63,069 bases of DNA from Candidatus Micrarchaeota archaeon (GCA_040754495.1 JBFMCO010000051.1:1-63069), one strand, 5' to 3'. Positions 18,170 through 28,771 are shown, numbered from the stretch's first letter. A program made the numbers and translations. The notes: generated from the sequence alone by a model not told the origin.

Positions 18170-19537
18170 TTACCTGCTCTTCGTGATTATCTCGATGTTG
18201 TCAGGCACCTTGTTCACGTTGCCTATCTTCAGGCCGATGAGGAGCTTGACGCCCTGCTTCGAGGCGAGGTCAGCGAGCCTCTGCGTGATTATGCCGTCGA
18301 AGACGATGGCATGGACGTCGCTCGTCTCGCTCAGGGACTTGATGACGTCCCGGACGGGCACCTCGGAAATCTTCTCCAGGCCGCTGTTGTAGAACCGCGC
18401 CTTGAGGGTGTTGCTGAGCGCCTCGAGCTCCCTCATCAGGCCCGCACGGTCCAGCGGCGCAGCCTCCGGCATGCGGGCCGGGGCCGCCAACGGCTCCGGC
18501 TCGGCCTGGGGCTCAGCCTCGAGCCTCGGCACGTCCTCTGGTATGTCCCGCCTCCTTGTGCGCATCTGCCCTCGCGGCTCCTGCCTCTGCTCCATCCTCG
18601 GAGCCGGCACCGGCGCGACGCCGACAGGCTCGGGTTCGGGCTCGGCCTGCGGCTCAGGCTGCCTGAATCTCGGCACCTCGACGCTGCGCCTCTCCGGCGC
18701 GGCCTGCTTGCCCTTGCCGCCCTGCTCGTACGGGCTCCTGTTGCGCAGGCACTTGATGAGTTCCTTCCTCGTCAGCTCCTCGACCTCGAGGCCGGTCGGG
18801 GCGCGCGCGACGAAATCTATGTCCACGCCTCCCTGGGCCAGCTCGTTGAGGATTATGTCGCCCCCGCGGTCGCCGTCAAGGAAGAGAGTGACCTCCTTCC
18901 TTTTGGAGAGCTCCACGATGGTGCGCGTCACTTTCGCGCCTCCTATCGCCACGACATTGGTTACGTCGTTCTTCAGGAGGTTGACGACATCCGCCCTCCC
19001 CTCTACGAAGACGACCTCGTTGGTCCTGTCTATGGCAGGGCCGGAGGGGAGCCTGTCGTGCCCGTATTCCACGATTTCGGCTGTCTTCACCTCGTCCCGG
19101 ACGAGCTGGGATATCTCCTTGCTCTCGGGAATCTCGGTGTTGAGCAGGTTCTTGAGCAGGCTTTTCGCCCGGTCGACAAGCTGCTTCCTCTTCATGTTCC
19201 TCGTGTCCTCGACGCGCGTTATCCTGAGCTTCGCCTCGCACGGCCCTACCCTGTCCACGGTCTCGAGCGCGGCTGCGATTATGCAGGTCTCGACCATATC
19301 CAGGCTGCTCGGTATCTTGATGACGCCGATGGTCTTGCCGTCCCTACCCTGAAGGTCGACCTCAATCCTCCCTATCCTGCCGTTCTTCTGCAGGTCCCGG
19401 AGGTCAAGCTCGTCGCCGAGCAGGCCCTCGGTCTGGCCGAATATCGCGCCGACCACGTCTGGCTTCTCGACCAGGCCTCCTATCTCCACGTTCGTGTATA
19501 TCAAGTATTTCACTGTGTCTATGTACGTCTTTGCCAT
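18170..19537 (-). CDS. dnaG: Archaeal DnaG-like primase / exosome-associated protein
   Basis: MAKTYIDTVKY..., DVVGAIFGQTEGLLG, TOPRIM VEGRADV and FLDGDRGGD, C-terminal FDGIITQRL. Confidence 0.95.
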   Translation of the reverse strand: MAKTYIDTVKYLIYTNVEIGGLVEKPDVVGAIFGQTEGLLGDELDLRDLQKNGRIGRIEVDLQGRDGKTIGVIKIPSSLDMVETCIIAAALETVDRVGPCEAKLRITRVEDTRNMKRKQLVDRAKSLLKNLLNTEIPESKEISQLVRDEVKTAEIVEYGHDRLPSGPAIDRTNEVVFVEGRADVVNLLKNDVTNVVAIGGAKVTRTIVELSKRKEVTLFLDGDRGGDIILNELAQGGVDIDFVARAPTGLEVEELTRKELIKCLRNRSPYEQGGKGKQAAPERRSVEVPRFRQPEPQAEPEPEPVGVAPVPAPRMEQRQEPRGQMRTRRRDIPEDVPRLEAEPQAEPEPLAAPARMPEAAPLDRAGLMRELEALSNTLKARFYNSGLEKISEVPVRDVIKSLSETSDVHAIVFDGIITQRLADLASKQGVKLLIGLKIGNVNKVPDNIEIITKSR

Positions 19538-19558
19538 GTTTTCACCTTCAATATCAGG

Positions 19559-19939
19559 CTAATAGCCCTCTTCTGATTCTTTCAGTATCTTCTCGTACGC
19601 CGTTTTGGCGTCCTCGAAATACCTTATCCTCAGCATGTGCGCGAGTTCCCGCCGCATCTCGAGGTCGGCTCTTATGGAGCACGATTCGAGCTCGTCCCTG
19701 GCCCTCAGGGCCAGTTCATCCCCCCTGCGGTCGAGGTCTGTAAGCACATACACTTTCTCAGGCTTCCTGTCGGCGATGATGGCGCAGCTCTGCCTCAGGT
19801 TCCCGGATATGGTCAGGATGTTCGAAAGCCCCAGCCCTTCCAGGGCAACCCTGTCTCTCTTTCCTTCGACGAATATCCAGTTCCCCTTGAGGGTGTCCAG
19901 CATCTTGCCGAGCTTTTTCAGCCTCTCCTTAATCTCCAC
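19559..19939 (-). CDS. Small TOPRIM-domain protein
   Basis: IFVEGKRDRVAL and LTDLDRRGD motifs; upstream of dnaG. Confidence 0.85.
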   Translation of the reverse strand: MEIKERLKKLGKMLDTLKGNWIFVEGKRDRVALEGLGLSNILTISGNLRQSCAIIADRKPEKVYVLTDLDRRGDELALRARDELESCSIRADLEMRRELAHMLRIRYFEDAKTAYEKILKESEEGY

Positions 19940-20015
19940 GCGGTCCTCCTGCGCCTTTGCGCCAGCTGGGGCTTCAGAATGAGAGTAGACTGCTGTGCAC
20001 TGTTGACCGCCCGGT

Positions 20016-20064
20016 CAGTTTCCCGCATCCAGTTCCCCGTTGCCGGGTGCTGGAAACCGGAAAC
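20016..20064. repeat. Heptad array, 7 units, intergenic
   Basis: cagtttc ccgcatc cagttcc ccgttgc cgggtgc tggaaac cggaaac. Confidence 0.75.
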
Positions 20065-20148
20065 TCCCCGGGCTTCCGTCCCCTTTCAGGGGCGGAATTC
20101 CTTCACGGCTCGGTTGGCTCAGGTGGCCATCCATGCACAGCGTCAGCG

Positions 20149-20580
20149 TTAAGAGATTGCAGCGCGCTCCTCTATGAGGTCGACCACGACGGGGAATATC
20201 TTCATGATGTCCCCCTCGCTCAGTATCCCTATGAGTTCGTTATCGTCATTGACGACCGGGAGCCTCTTTATCTTGTTCTCCCTCATCGCCTTTGCTGCAT
20301 CCTCGATTGTGGTATCCGGCCTCACCACCCTAAGGGGCTTTGACATGACCTCTTCGGAAGCCACCTTGTACGGGTCGCTTCCCTTTGCAAGTATCTTGTA
20401 TACTATGTCGCGTTCCGTGATTATGCCCTTGGCGTGCTTGCCTTCCTTGTCTTCGACGACTATGACCGAGCCGATGCCATTCTTCTTCATCAGCCTGGCC
20501 ACGTCAAGGATGGTTTTGCCGAATGGAACCACTACGACCTTCTTGGTCATAATGTCTCCCACTCTCAAGTCTGATCCCAT
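20149..20580 (-). CDS. CBS-domain protein
   Basis: Tandem CBS pair (VGDIMT...GIITERDI...VMSKP...GILSEGDI). Confidence 0.9.
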   Translation of the reverse strand: MGSDLRVGDIMTKKVVVVPFGKTILDVARLMKKNGIGSVIVVEDKEGKHAKGIITERDIVYKILAKGSDPYKVASEEVMSKPLRVVRPDTTIEDAAKAMRENKIKRLPVVNDDNELIGILSEGDIMKIFPVVVDLIEERAAIS

Positions 20581-20789
20581 GACCAATTACATGCTCGGAA
20601 ATCTTTAAAAACTGTCAGATTCCCGCCGGACCGCTCCGGCCCGTCTGTATACCGGATATGTCCGGGAGGGTTTAAATAGCCTCTCTTTTTACCACCTTCT
20701 AAAACAACTTACGCGCCCGGACCCGCTTAATGCTCATTTTCGTTTATTTTATATAACATTTAAAAGGGGTTGGGCGGAAAATCAGATTC

Positions 20790-21662
20790 ATGCACGAATC
20801 CCCCGCCATGTCCCTTTCATCGCTCGCCATGAGGGCCAAACATAGTGCCGAAGAGGCCGAGAAGCAGTCATGCGGCATGGAGCTTGTAGCCAGGCTCACT
20901 GAAGGCGGAGACCATCAGGGGCTGATAGCGGTCCACAAATGCCCGGACTATCTCCTGCCCGTGCGGGAGAAGGCCCGGGATTCCATACTCTCTGCTGCGT
21001 TTAGCCGCTGCAAGGCGGTCGGGAGCCTCGAGCCTCTCCACGAGGTGGCATCCGGCCCGGACGTCCCGAATTCCGTCGCATGGCACGCCGGGATGGCTCT
21101 TTTCGAGCGCTACTCTGCCGCTGCCGACGAGGAAGGCCTCTGGAAGCTGCTTCTCGACAAGGGCGCGCACGACGAGGTGCGGACCGCCGCCGGAAACACG
21201 CTCCTGAAGAATTATGAGTCCGGCCCGGGTTTCCTGGGCATGTTCAGGCTCGCGACCGGGGAGGATGTCATCTTCGAGGTGAAAAAGCCGGCCGGCCTGC
21301 GGCTGATAGAACTGGCGGTGGAGCACGGGAACTACCCGCTGCTCCTGCGCCTCGAGGTGGCCCGCCTCACCATGGATGTGCGCATCGCAATGGAAGGGCA
21401 GGTCGATGCCGCGGCGCAAAAAGCCATCGAGGACGCGCACACGGACGCGGATTTCGCCCTTCTGACCGAAATCTCCGAGGACAAGCGGCTGAAGGAGCAC
21501 GTGCGGGAGAGGGCCGAGCACCGGCTGCGCGGGACGTTCAGGGACGACCAGGCCGGGCCGAGGGCATCCGAGCTCAAGGCCAGGCTGGCCCGCATCGCCA
21601 GTCAAACACCGCCTACCGGCACGCCGATAGGACGCATCGACATGACGCGCATCAAACGCTGA
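20790..21662 (+). CDS. Hypothetical alpha-helical (HEAT-like) protein
   Basis: 290-aa ORF with its own AT-rich upstream region; repeated helical segments; no recognised family. Confidence 0.6.
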   Translation: MHESPAMSLSSLAMRAKHSAEEAEKQSCGMELVARLTEGGDHQGLIAVHKCPDYLLPVREKARDSILSAAFSRCKAVGSLEPLHEVASGPDVPNSVAWHAGMALFERYSAAADEEGLWKLLLDKGAHDEVRTAAGNTLLKNYESGPGFLGMFRLATGEDVIFEVKKPAGLRLIELAVEHGNYPLLLRLEVARLTMDVRIAMEGQVDAAAQKAIEDAHTDADFALLTEISEDKRLKEHVRERAEHRLRGTFRDDQAGPRASELKARLARIASQTPPTGTPIGRIDMTRIKR

Positions 21663-21692
21663 ATTAAAAGTTTTTTGGGTGTATTCCGTCGT

Positions 21693-24428
21693 ATGGAACC
21701 TAGTGCTATCGAAGAGAAATGGTCCAGGCGGTGGGCCGAAGCCCGCGCCTTCGAGGCCGACCCGGACCCCTCGCGCGAAAAGCGCTACATCACCGCCGCA
21801 TTCCCCTACCCGAATTCCCCACAGCACATAGGCCACGGCAGGACATATACCACCGCCGACATCTACTCGAGATACCTGCGTCTGAAAGGCCATAACGTCC
21901 TGTTCCCGATGGCGTTCCACGTCACCGGCACGCCCATCATCGCGATGGCCAAGCGCATCGCGGCAAGGGAAAAGGACGTCCTGGACGTATTCGAGAACAT
22001 ATACGCCATCCCGCCCGCAAAGGCCGAATCGCTCAGCGAGCCCCGGGCGCTCGTGGCATATTTCTCCGACGAGATAGAGAAGGGCATGAAGGAAATCGGC
22101 TACTCCATAGACTGGCGGCGCAAGTTCTACTCATATGACGAGAGGTTCAACCGGTTCATTCAGTGGCAGTTCCGCAAGCTCAAGGAGCTCGGCTACCTGA
22201 TAAAAGGCGATTACCCGATCGCCTGGTGCCCGGCGGACAAGCAGGCAGTGAGTGCCCATGACACGAAAGGGGACGTGGACCCGGAGCTGGAAGAGGTAAC
22301 CGCTATAAAGTTTGGTGTCGCGGAGGGGACCTATCTCGTCGTTACGACATACCGGCCGGAGACCGTCTACGGCGTGACGAACATATGGATTAATCCGGCC
22401 ATCCGCTACGTGCGCGCAAGATACGGGAAGGAGACGCTCATCATGTCCGCAGAGGCGGCAGACCTCCTCGACCTGCAGTGGAAAGGCCTCGAGGTCCTCG
22501 GCGACGTTTCTCCTGAAGAACTGCTGAAGATGAGCGCGGAAAACCCGGTTTCCGGGGCTGCGATAGCGAAGGTGCCGGTCTATAGCGCCAGCTTCGTAAA
22601 GGCGGACGTCGGGACCGGCGTGGTCATGAGCGTGCCTGCGCACGCGCCGCTGGATTATCTGGCCCTCCGGGACATCGGCAGGGCGGATGGGGAAATGCCC
22701 CAGGTGCTTTCTGTCGGGGGGCAGGCGGGCAATCCTGCCCGCGAGGTCGTGGAGCGCATGGGCGTGAAGGACCAGAACGACCCGAAGGCGCAGGAAGCCA
22801 CGAAGGAGCTTTATCTCAGGGAGAACTCCGGCGGGACGATGCTTCTCGGGAAGTGGAAGGGCGGCGGCGTGAAAGCCGCCCGCGAGGCGCTTATCAGGGA
22901 CATGTGCGGGCAGGGGCAGGCGTACGCGGTGCGCATCCTTGCCAACAGCCCGGTCTTCTGCAGGTGCGGGGCCAAGGTGAAGGTCAACCTCCTCCAGGAC
23001 CAGTGGTTCATAGACTATGGCATCCCGGAATGGAAGGAGAAGGCCAAGGAATGCCTGGCCGGGATGAACATCATCCCGGATGACACGCGCTCCGAATACC
23101 AGTACACCATAGACTGGCTCCAGAGGAGGCCGTGCGCGAGGGCTACGGGGCTCGGGACGAAATTCCCGTTCGACGAGGCCAAGATGATAGAGGCGCTCTC
23201 GGACTCCACGGTCTATATGGCCTTCTATACGATTTCCCACCTCCTGAAGGACATCCCGGCATCCGAGATGGACGAGGCGTTCTTCGATTACGTGTTTTTG
23301 GGACGGGGAACCGGAAACCGGAAACTGGAAGCCATCCGCAACAGCTTCCTCTACTGGTATCCTGTGGATTCCCGCCACTCGGCCGGCGACCTCATACGCA
23401 ACCACCTCACGCTCTACATCTTCAACCATGTCGGCATCATGGAAAAGAGGCACTGGCCGCGCCAGATAGTGACGAACGGCTTCGTCCTCATGGATGGGAG
23501 CAAGATGAGCAAGAGCATGGGCAACATCCTGCCGCTCCGCAAGGCCGTCAAGGAATACGGTGCGGACGTGATACGGTTCGCGGTCGTGTGCGGGGCTGAC
23601 CTGACGAGCGACACGGATTTCAACAAGAGCGTGGCCGACGGCGTCCGCTCCAGGATGGCGCTCATACACAGGCTCGTCCAGGACTCGAAACACAAAACCG
23701 CTAAACCACACGGCCGCATCGAGCGGTGGCTCCTCTCCAGGCTGAACCGGAAAATCGAGAAGGCGGACCGGATGTATTCCAATCTTGCGATACGCGACCT
23801 TGCGCTGGACATATTCTATGACGCAATCAGCGACCTGCAATGGTACCTGAAGCGCTCCGAAGAGCCGAACCTGAAGGATTTCTTCGGGAAGTGGGTAGTG
23901 CTCATAGCGCCGTTCATGCCGCATTTCGCAGAGGAATACTGGGAGATGCTCGGGGGGAAAGGATTCGTCTCCTTCGCCCCCTTCCCGGTTGCCGACCATA
24001 CGAAGGTGGACGACTCGGTGGAGCGCGGCGAGGAGCTCATCAGGAAGGTGCACGGGGACATAGAGAAAATCTCCGGCCTCATCGGTAAGAAGCCCGCAAA
24101 AGTTACGATATACGCGGCCGCGGACTGGAAAAGGGAGCTTTATGCGCTTGCGAAGGCGAACCCTTCTTTCGAGGGCCTCATGAAGGCGGCTAACGAGCGG
24201 AAAATGGACATGAAAGCGGTGCAGTCAATCGCGAAGCAGATAATGAAGAACGTCCATGCACTGCAATCCCCGGTGTCGCAGAAGGAAGAGCTTGAGGCCC
24301 TGCTGGATGCAAGGGCGTTCCTCGCAAGGGAATACTCGTGCGAGGCAGATGTGCTTCCGGAAGAGAATGCCGGGCATGAGAAGGCGAAATCCGCCCTGCC
24401 GGGCAAGCCGGCGATAGTGCTGGAATGA
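21693..24428 (+). CDS. leuS: Leucyl-tRNA synthetase (archaeal type)
   Basis: PYPNSPQHIGH, KMSKS, CP1 editing domain TTYRPET...GTGVVMSVPAHAP.DY. Confidence 0.96.
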   Translation: MEPSAIEEKWSRRWAEARAFEADPDPSREKRYITAAFPYPNSPQHIGHGRTYTTADIYSRYLRLKGHNVLFPMAFHVTGTPIIAMAKRIAAREKDVLDVFENIYAIPPAKAESLSEPRALVAYFSDEIEKGMKEIGYSIDWRRKFYSYDERFNRFIQWQFRKLKELGYLIKGDYPIAWCPADKQAVSAHDTKGDVDPELEEVTAIKFGVAEGTYLVVTTYRPETVYGVTNIWINPAIRYVRARYGKETLIMSAEAADLLDLQWKGLEVLGDVSPEELLKMSAENPVSGAAIAKVPVYSASFVKADVGTGVVMSVPAHAPLDYLALRDIGRADGEMPQVLSVGGQAGNPAREVVERMGVKDQNDPKAQEATKELYLRENSGGTMLLGKWKGGGVKAAREALIRDMCGQGQAYAVRILANSPVFCRCGAKVKVNLLQDQWFIDYGIPEWKEKAKECLAGMNIIPDDTRSEYQYTIDWLQRRPCARATGLGTKFPFDEAKMIEALSDSTVYMAFYTISHLLKDIPASEMDEAFFDYVFLGRGTGNRKLEAIRNSFLYWYPVDSRHSAGDLIRNHLTLYIFNHVGIMEKRHWPRQIVTNGFVLMDGSKMSKSMGNILPLRKAVKEYGADVIRFAVVCGADLTSDTDFNKSVADGVRSRMALIHRLVQDSKHKTAKPHGRIERWLLSRLNRKIEKADRMYSNLAIRDLALDIFYDAISDLQWYLKRSEEPNLKDFFGKWVVLIAPFMPHFAEEYWEMLGGKGFVSFAPFPVADHTKVDDSVERGEELIRKVHGDIEKISGLIGKKPAKVTIYAAADWKRELYALAKANPSFEGLMKAANERKMDMKAVQSIAKQIMKNVHALQSPVSQKEELEALLDARAFLAREYSCEADVLPEENAGHEKAKSALPGKPAIVLE
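23305..23332. repeat. Heptad array, 4 units, in frame in leuS
   Basis: ggggaac cggaaac cggaaac tggaagc, encoding the GTGNRKLE loop. Confidence 0.6.
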
Positions 24429-25450
24429 CCCATATGCTTTACCTGAAAGTGCCGAGGGCCGAGGGCGAGAGGCTCCGCAAGGAGCTTCTGTCCGCAGGCG
24501 TGCTCTCCACCGAATATCCCATCCGAACCGGGGGCGGGTTCGTATTTCTTCCGGTGAAACGTCCGTTCGGAGCCTACGAGGCAGTGGAGATGGACGCGGA
24601 AAAAAGGCAGGCCCGGTATGCGAAGCTCAAGGACGCGCTGTCCGAGTTCCTCTCTCCGGAAGAGCTTGAATCCGTCATCTCCTCATTCGACATCATCGGG
24701 GACATCGCCATAGTGGAGATTCCGGATTCCCTCGAATCGCGCGGGAGGCAGATCGGGGAAGCGCTGCTGAAAGTCCACAAGAACGTCCGGGCGGTCTTCA
24801 AGAAGCTCTCGCCCATGGAAGGCGAGTTCAGGGTGAGGCGGCTCGAGCGCATCGCCGGGGAGGACAATGCCGAGACGATATACAAGGAGAGCGGCATCAG
24901 GATGAAGCTGGACGTCTCCAAGGTATACTTCTCCGTAAGGCTCGCGACCGAGAGGGCGCGCATCGCGCAGATGGTAAAGGGCGGCGAGCGCGTGCTCGTG
25001 CTTTTTGCCGGGGTGGGCCCGTTCGCCCTGCTTATCGGGAAGAAGAGGCCGGATGCGCATGTCGTCGCCGTAGAGCTGAATCCCGACGCGGTCCGCTACA
25101 TGTTGGAGAACATAGCCCTGAACCGCCTCAAAAACGTCGAGGCCATGGAAGCGGACGCAAGGAGCGCGCCGCTTGCCGAATCATCGTTCGACCGCATCGT
25201 GATGCCGCTCCCGAAAAGCGCCCACGAGTTCCTCCCGGTAGCGTTCAGGGCGGTCAAGGACGGCGGAATGGTCCATTTCTACACCATGGTAAGTGCGGAG
25301 GCTCCATTCGAAGAGGCGCTGGAAAAGGCCGGGCCGGCGGCAAAGTCGGCCGGCGTATCAGTGGCCGTGGCCTCAAGCCGCATCGTGCGTCCGTATTCAC
25401 CAGGGATGGTCCAGGCCGTCCTCGACCTCGTCGTAAAGAAAGCTCAGTAG
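24425..25450 (+). CDS. trm5: Trm5/TYW2-family tRNA methyltransferase
   Basis: FDIIGDIAIV, VYFSVRLATER, LFAGVGPFAL, VELNPDA, DRIVMPLP. Confidence 0.85.
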   Translation: MTHMLYLKVPRAEGERLRKELLSAGVLSTEYPIRTGGGFVFLPVKRPFGAYEAVEMDAEKRQARYAKLKDALSEFLSPEELESVISSFDIIGDIAIVEIPDSLESRGRQIGEALLKVHKNVRAVFKKLSPMEGEFRVRRLERIAGEDNAETIYKESGIRMKLDVSKVYFSVRLATERARIAQMVKGGERVLVLFAGVGPFALLIGKKRPDAHVVAVELNPDAVRYMLENIALNRLKNVEAMEADARSAPLAESSFDRIVMPLPKSAHEFLPVAFRAVKDGGMVHFYTMVSAEAPFEEALEKAGPAAKSAGVSVAVASSRIVRPYSPGMVQAVLDLVVKKAQ

Positions 25451-26295
25451 AGCCCGAGCAGGAATCCTGCCATCAGGAACACAATCATCCCGAGGACGAT
25501 GGGCGGGAGCGCGGGCAGGACCATCTTCTTCTTGAAAACAAGGAGCAGGAAAAGCCCCAGGGACACGACCGCCCCGATGAAGACCATTACGGTCGCAACC
25601 GGGCTGTAAGCCAGGGCCGACACCTCGAGCATGATGGGGGCTATCATGTCCCCGGTGCCTAGGTCGATTCTCTGCTCCTTCTCGCCAGGCTTCGGAGGCG
25701 GGGCCCTTGCGGTCACTGTGAACGCGAGGTCTTTTTTCACGATGAAATTCGCCATCTCCACCATGTGCTTCGTGGCGAAGACGGAGAGGAAATCGTATAT
25801 GGAGAGGAAAATCAGGAACAGTACCAGGGGGAAGAGGCCGAGCGATATCCCGAAGATGACGCCGACGCCTGCCGTCGCGAGGATGGCCGCCGCGTTCTTG
25901 AGCCCGGGATAGAACGTCTTCGCGGCCGAGAACACGAGCGCGACGGCTATGGCCGCCAGCGTGCTTTCGCCATAGCCCGCGACGAACCTGAAGAAGGCGT
26001 AGAACACGATGGAGCTCGCGCTCGAAATCAGCATGAACTCCATCAGCCTGAAGAGGAGGGGAAAGACGCCGAAAAGCCGTATCAGGAGAATCATGACCGC
26101 GGCCCCGGCGAGGATGTAGCCTATGAAGAACAATGCGTTCATGGGGTCCTCGGCGTCGCTTGTCACGACGAGGCTGTTCACGAACGGGTTTTTGGTCAGG
26201 TCCCGGATTATCACGACGCCGGTGAATATCCCGAGGACCTGCGCGAGCATGAAGAACCCGAGCATGGCCGCCAGTAATCGCATGGAAGTCGTCAT
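25444..26295 (-). CDS. Presenilin-like intramembrane aspartyl protease (A22)
   Basis: Multi-TM; YD, LGTGD and PALP motifs. Confidence 0.88.
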   Translation of the reverse strand: MTTSMRLLAAMLGFFMLAQVLGIFTGVVIIRDLTKNPFVNSLVVTSDAEDPMNALFFIGYILAGAAVMILLIRLFGVFPLLFRLMEFMLISSASSIVFYAFFRFVAGYGESTLAAIAVALVFSAAKTFYPGLKNAAAILATAGVGVIFGISLGLFPLVLFLIFLSIYDFLSVFATKHMVEMANFIVKKDLAFTVTARAPPPKPGEKEQRIDLGTGDMIAPIMLEVSALAYSPVATVMVFIGAVVSLGLFLLLVFKKKMVLPALPPIVLGMIVFLMAGFLLGLY

Positions 26296-26319
26296 ACTCT
26301 AAGCGCCGTCCTTATTAAA

Positions 26320-28356
26320 TCACTCTACCAGCTTTATCTGCCCGTACCCCTTCTCGTATATGGTCCCCTTGCTCTTGAGCTGGTCTATTATCCTGCGCGC
26401 CTCCTTCTCGTCGATTTCGTATGATTTGGCGTCGGATATGACCTGCTCCACGTCGGCCGTGTCGCTCTTCCTCAGGTGCTCCCTGATGATTTCGATTATC
26501 GTGTCGACTTTCTGCAGCTTGTCCCTCTCGGACTTGGGCTTGCCTATGACGACGTCCACGTCGAGCTTCCCGGTCACCTTGTCGGTCATAATCGACTGCA
26601 TGACGTAGTTGAACAGGAAGATGGCGACCTCCGCGTCCTCCTCCTCGACCGTCTCGCTCAGCCGTATCTTGGCGTTCGCCTCGGCGAGCCTGACGAGGCC
26701 CTCCAGGTACCTGGGGGTGATGGCGACAGAGCCCGCATCCTTGCTCCTTCTCCTCAGGTCGACGTAGAATTCCTTGATTTTCCCGGACGCAGCGGCTGTC
26801 AGCTTCGGGAAGACCTTCCTCCTGGCGTATGCGATGTATTTCCTGAGCAGCTCCTTCTCGAAAAAGTCATCGTCAGCGCCCCCCCTGTCCGTGCCCATGT
26901 GCGTGGAGAGGATGTGGTCGGCCAGCTTCGCGTCCTTCTCCTCGTCAAGGACGTCCACTATGGGGAATATGAGGTCGAACCGTGATAGGAGCGTGGGCGG
27001 GACGTCGAACTGGTCTGCGAGGTTCTTGGTCTGGTCGAACCTGCCGTATTTGGGGTTGGCAGCAGCCAGGATTGCGGTCTTGGTCCTGAACTTCGCCACA
27101 ATTCCCGCCTTTGCGACACTAATCGTCTGTGTTTCCATTGCTTCATGAAGGGCGGCCCGGTCCTCCTCCTCGATTTTGTCGAACTCATCCACCTGTGCAG
27201 TTCCGCCGCTCGCAAGGACAAGCGCACCTGCCTTCAGCGTCCAGCCGCCCTCCCCCAGCTCGTCCTTCTCCGCCGCGACGGTCAGGCCGGCGCCGGAAAC
27301 CGATTTTCCGCTCACGTAGATGCTTTTCGGCGCAATCTCCGAGACGCTCTGCAGGAACCTGGACTTCGCAATGCCCGGGTCGCCTATCAGCAGGACATGT
27401 ATGTCATCCCTGATGGCCGCCCCGCCCTTCATGGTCTTGCCGCGCGTCCCCCCGAAGAGCTGGAGGGCGAGGGCCTTTTTGACCTCGTTGTGGCCGTATA
27501 TCGAGGGCGCGATGGATTTCACGATGATGTCGGATATCGCGGGGTTGCGGGCAAGCTCCTTCAGCCTCCTCTCATCCTCCTTTGTTATCTCGATTTCCTC
27601 GAAATCCCTCTTGAGGCTGAGGACGCTGTTGGCTTCAACGTAGCGGCTGTATATCATGTCCTGCTTCTGCCTCATCTTGAGCGGGGGCTTGAGGCGCAGG
27701 ACGCCCATGACCTCTATGTTGTCGCCGGGGGCGATTTTATTGACCAAATCGTCCTCGAGAAGGAGCTCGATGTGCGCGGCCGGTGCGCCCCCGTGCACCC
27801 GCTCGAGGAGCTCCTGCACCTCGGCCCTCTGGATGTCGGTGAATGTGCTCTCCTCGTCCACCTGCTTGAGCGCGAATTTCTTGCAGGACTCGCATCGCTT
27901 GGGCGGGGTGAAGTTCTTCACGACCGGGTATTTCGAGGTTTCATTGCAGATGTCGCAGCGGTAGACCGCTATCTTGACCCTGTGCATGACCTCGGCCCTT
28001 TTCGTGACGACGCACTTGAACGACACGAACTCATTGATGTTCTTGGATGTGAGCTGCTCGATGAGCTTGTCGTCCGAGGGCACTTCGGTGAACCGCACGT
28101 GCGGCGTGAAGGTCTTGCCTGCCGGGACCGAGAGGTTGAGCTGTTTTATGGCGGTCTCCGCGGCATCCACGATGAGGTCCGGCTCGCGGATGAGCGCGTC
28201 TGCGATGTCCGGGTCGAACTTCTCAAGGTCCGGATAGCTCACGAAAAGGCTTTTCTGCGTTGGGTATACCTGCAGGAGCTCGTCGATTTTGGACTTGTAA
28301 ATGGTCGTGAAGAAATCGTTGAATACGGATATCTGCGGCGAAAGGTCGACCTCCAT
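26320..28356 (-). CDS. mcm: MCM replicative helicase
   Basis: C4 zinc finger, GDPGIAKS, VDEFDK, arginine finger SRFD, C-terminal wHTH. No intein seen. Confidence 0.96.
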   Translation of the reverse strand: MEVDLSPQISVFNDFFTTIYKSKIDELLQVYPTQKSLFVSYPDLEKFDPDIADALIREPDLIVDAAETAIKQLNLSVPAGKTFTPHVRFTEVPSDDKLIEQLTSKNINEFVSFKCVVTKRAEVMHRVKIAVYRCDICNETSKYPVVKNFTPPKRCESCKKFALKQVDEESTFTDIQRAEVQELLERVHGGAPAAHIELLLEDDLVNKIAPGDNIEVMGVLRLKPPLKMRQKQDMIYSRYVEANSVLSLKRDFEEIEITKEDERRLKELARNPAISDIIVKSIAPSIYGHNEVKKALALQLFGGTRGKTMKGGAAIRDDIHVLLIGDPGIAKSRFLQSVSEIAPKSIYVSGKSVSGAGLTVAAEKDELGEGGWTLKAGALVLASGGTAQVDEFDKIEEEDRAALHEAMETQTISVAKAGIVAKFRTKTAILAAANPKYGRFDQTKNLADQFDVPPTLLSRFDLIFPIVDVLDEEKDAKLADHILSTHMGTDRGGADDDFFEKELLRKYIAYARRKVFPKLTAAASGKIKEFYVDLRRRSKDAGSVAITPRYLEGLVRLAEANAKIRLSETVEEEDAEVAIFLFNYVMQSIMTDKVTGKLDVDVVIGKPKSERDKLQKVDTIIEIIREHLRKSDTADVEQVISDAKSYEIDEKEARRIIDQLKSKGTIYEKGYGQIKLVE

Positions 28357-28421
28357 GATTACCCCCGAAAAAAATAGTGGAAGTTTATATGGTTAAAGAC
28401 ATTAATAAAGGTGCGCCCTCG

Positions 28422-28484
28422 GTATTTCCGCATCCGGCCGCCGGCAGCCAGCAGCCGGTTTAGCGTTTTGCGTTTCGGGCTGGC
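28422..28484. repeat. Heptad array, 9 units, intergenic
   Basis: gtatttc cgcatcc ggccgcc ggcagcc agcagcc ggtttag cgttttg cgtttcg ggctggc. Confidence 0.65.
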
Positions 28485-28485
28485 G

Positions 28486-28722
28486 CTACCGCTTCTTCCT
28501 GAACTTCATGTAGCTCTTCAGCGCCCTTGGGTCCAGCTTCTTCAGCACGTTTCCGACCGTCCTCCGGACGTCCGAGGTGCTCTTTATCAGGCCCTTGTGC
28601 AGCCTGTCCTTCACCGCCACGACCGACGCCTTCGCGGCCTTGGGCACTGCGTGCGCCCTCTTGAGGGATGCCCTGAGCTTCTTCTCGCTGAACGCCTGCG
28701 CCTTCTTCAGGATTTTCTTCAT
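28486..28722 (-). CDS. Small, highly basic hypothetical protein
   Basis: 78 aa, Lys/Arg-rich, divergent from apgM across an AT-rich gap. Confidence 0.65.
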   Translation of the reverse strand: MKKILKKAQAFSEKKLRASLKRAHAVPKAAKASVVAVKDRLHKGLIKSTSDVRRTVGNVLKKLDPRALKSYMKFRKKR

Positions 28723-28771
28723 GGAATGATGTCTGCATAGGGGATAAAAAGTTTATCTGTTACAGCCCCTC

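Noticed and set aside
18400-18720. Pro/Glu-rich repeats in DnaG and 38232..39842 as heptad-family inserts
   Set aside because: They are codon-level low-complexity linkers (EPE/EEE/KKP) without 7-nt periodicity or the GGTTTC/GAAACC consensus.
26320-28356. Intein in MCM or other replication genes
   Set aside because: Lengths are normal and no intein splice-junction or LAGLIDADG motifs are visible.
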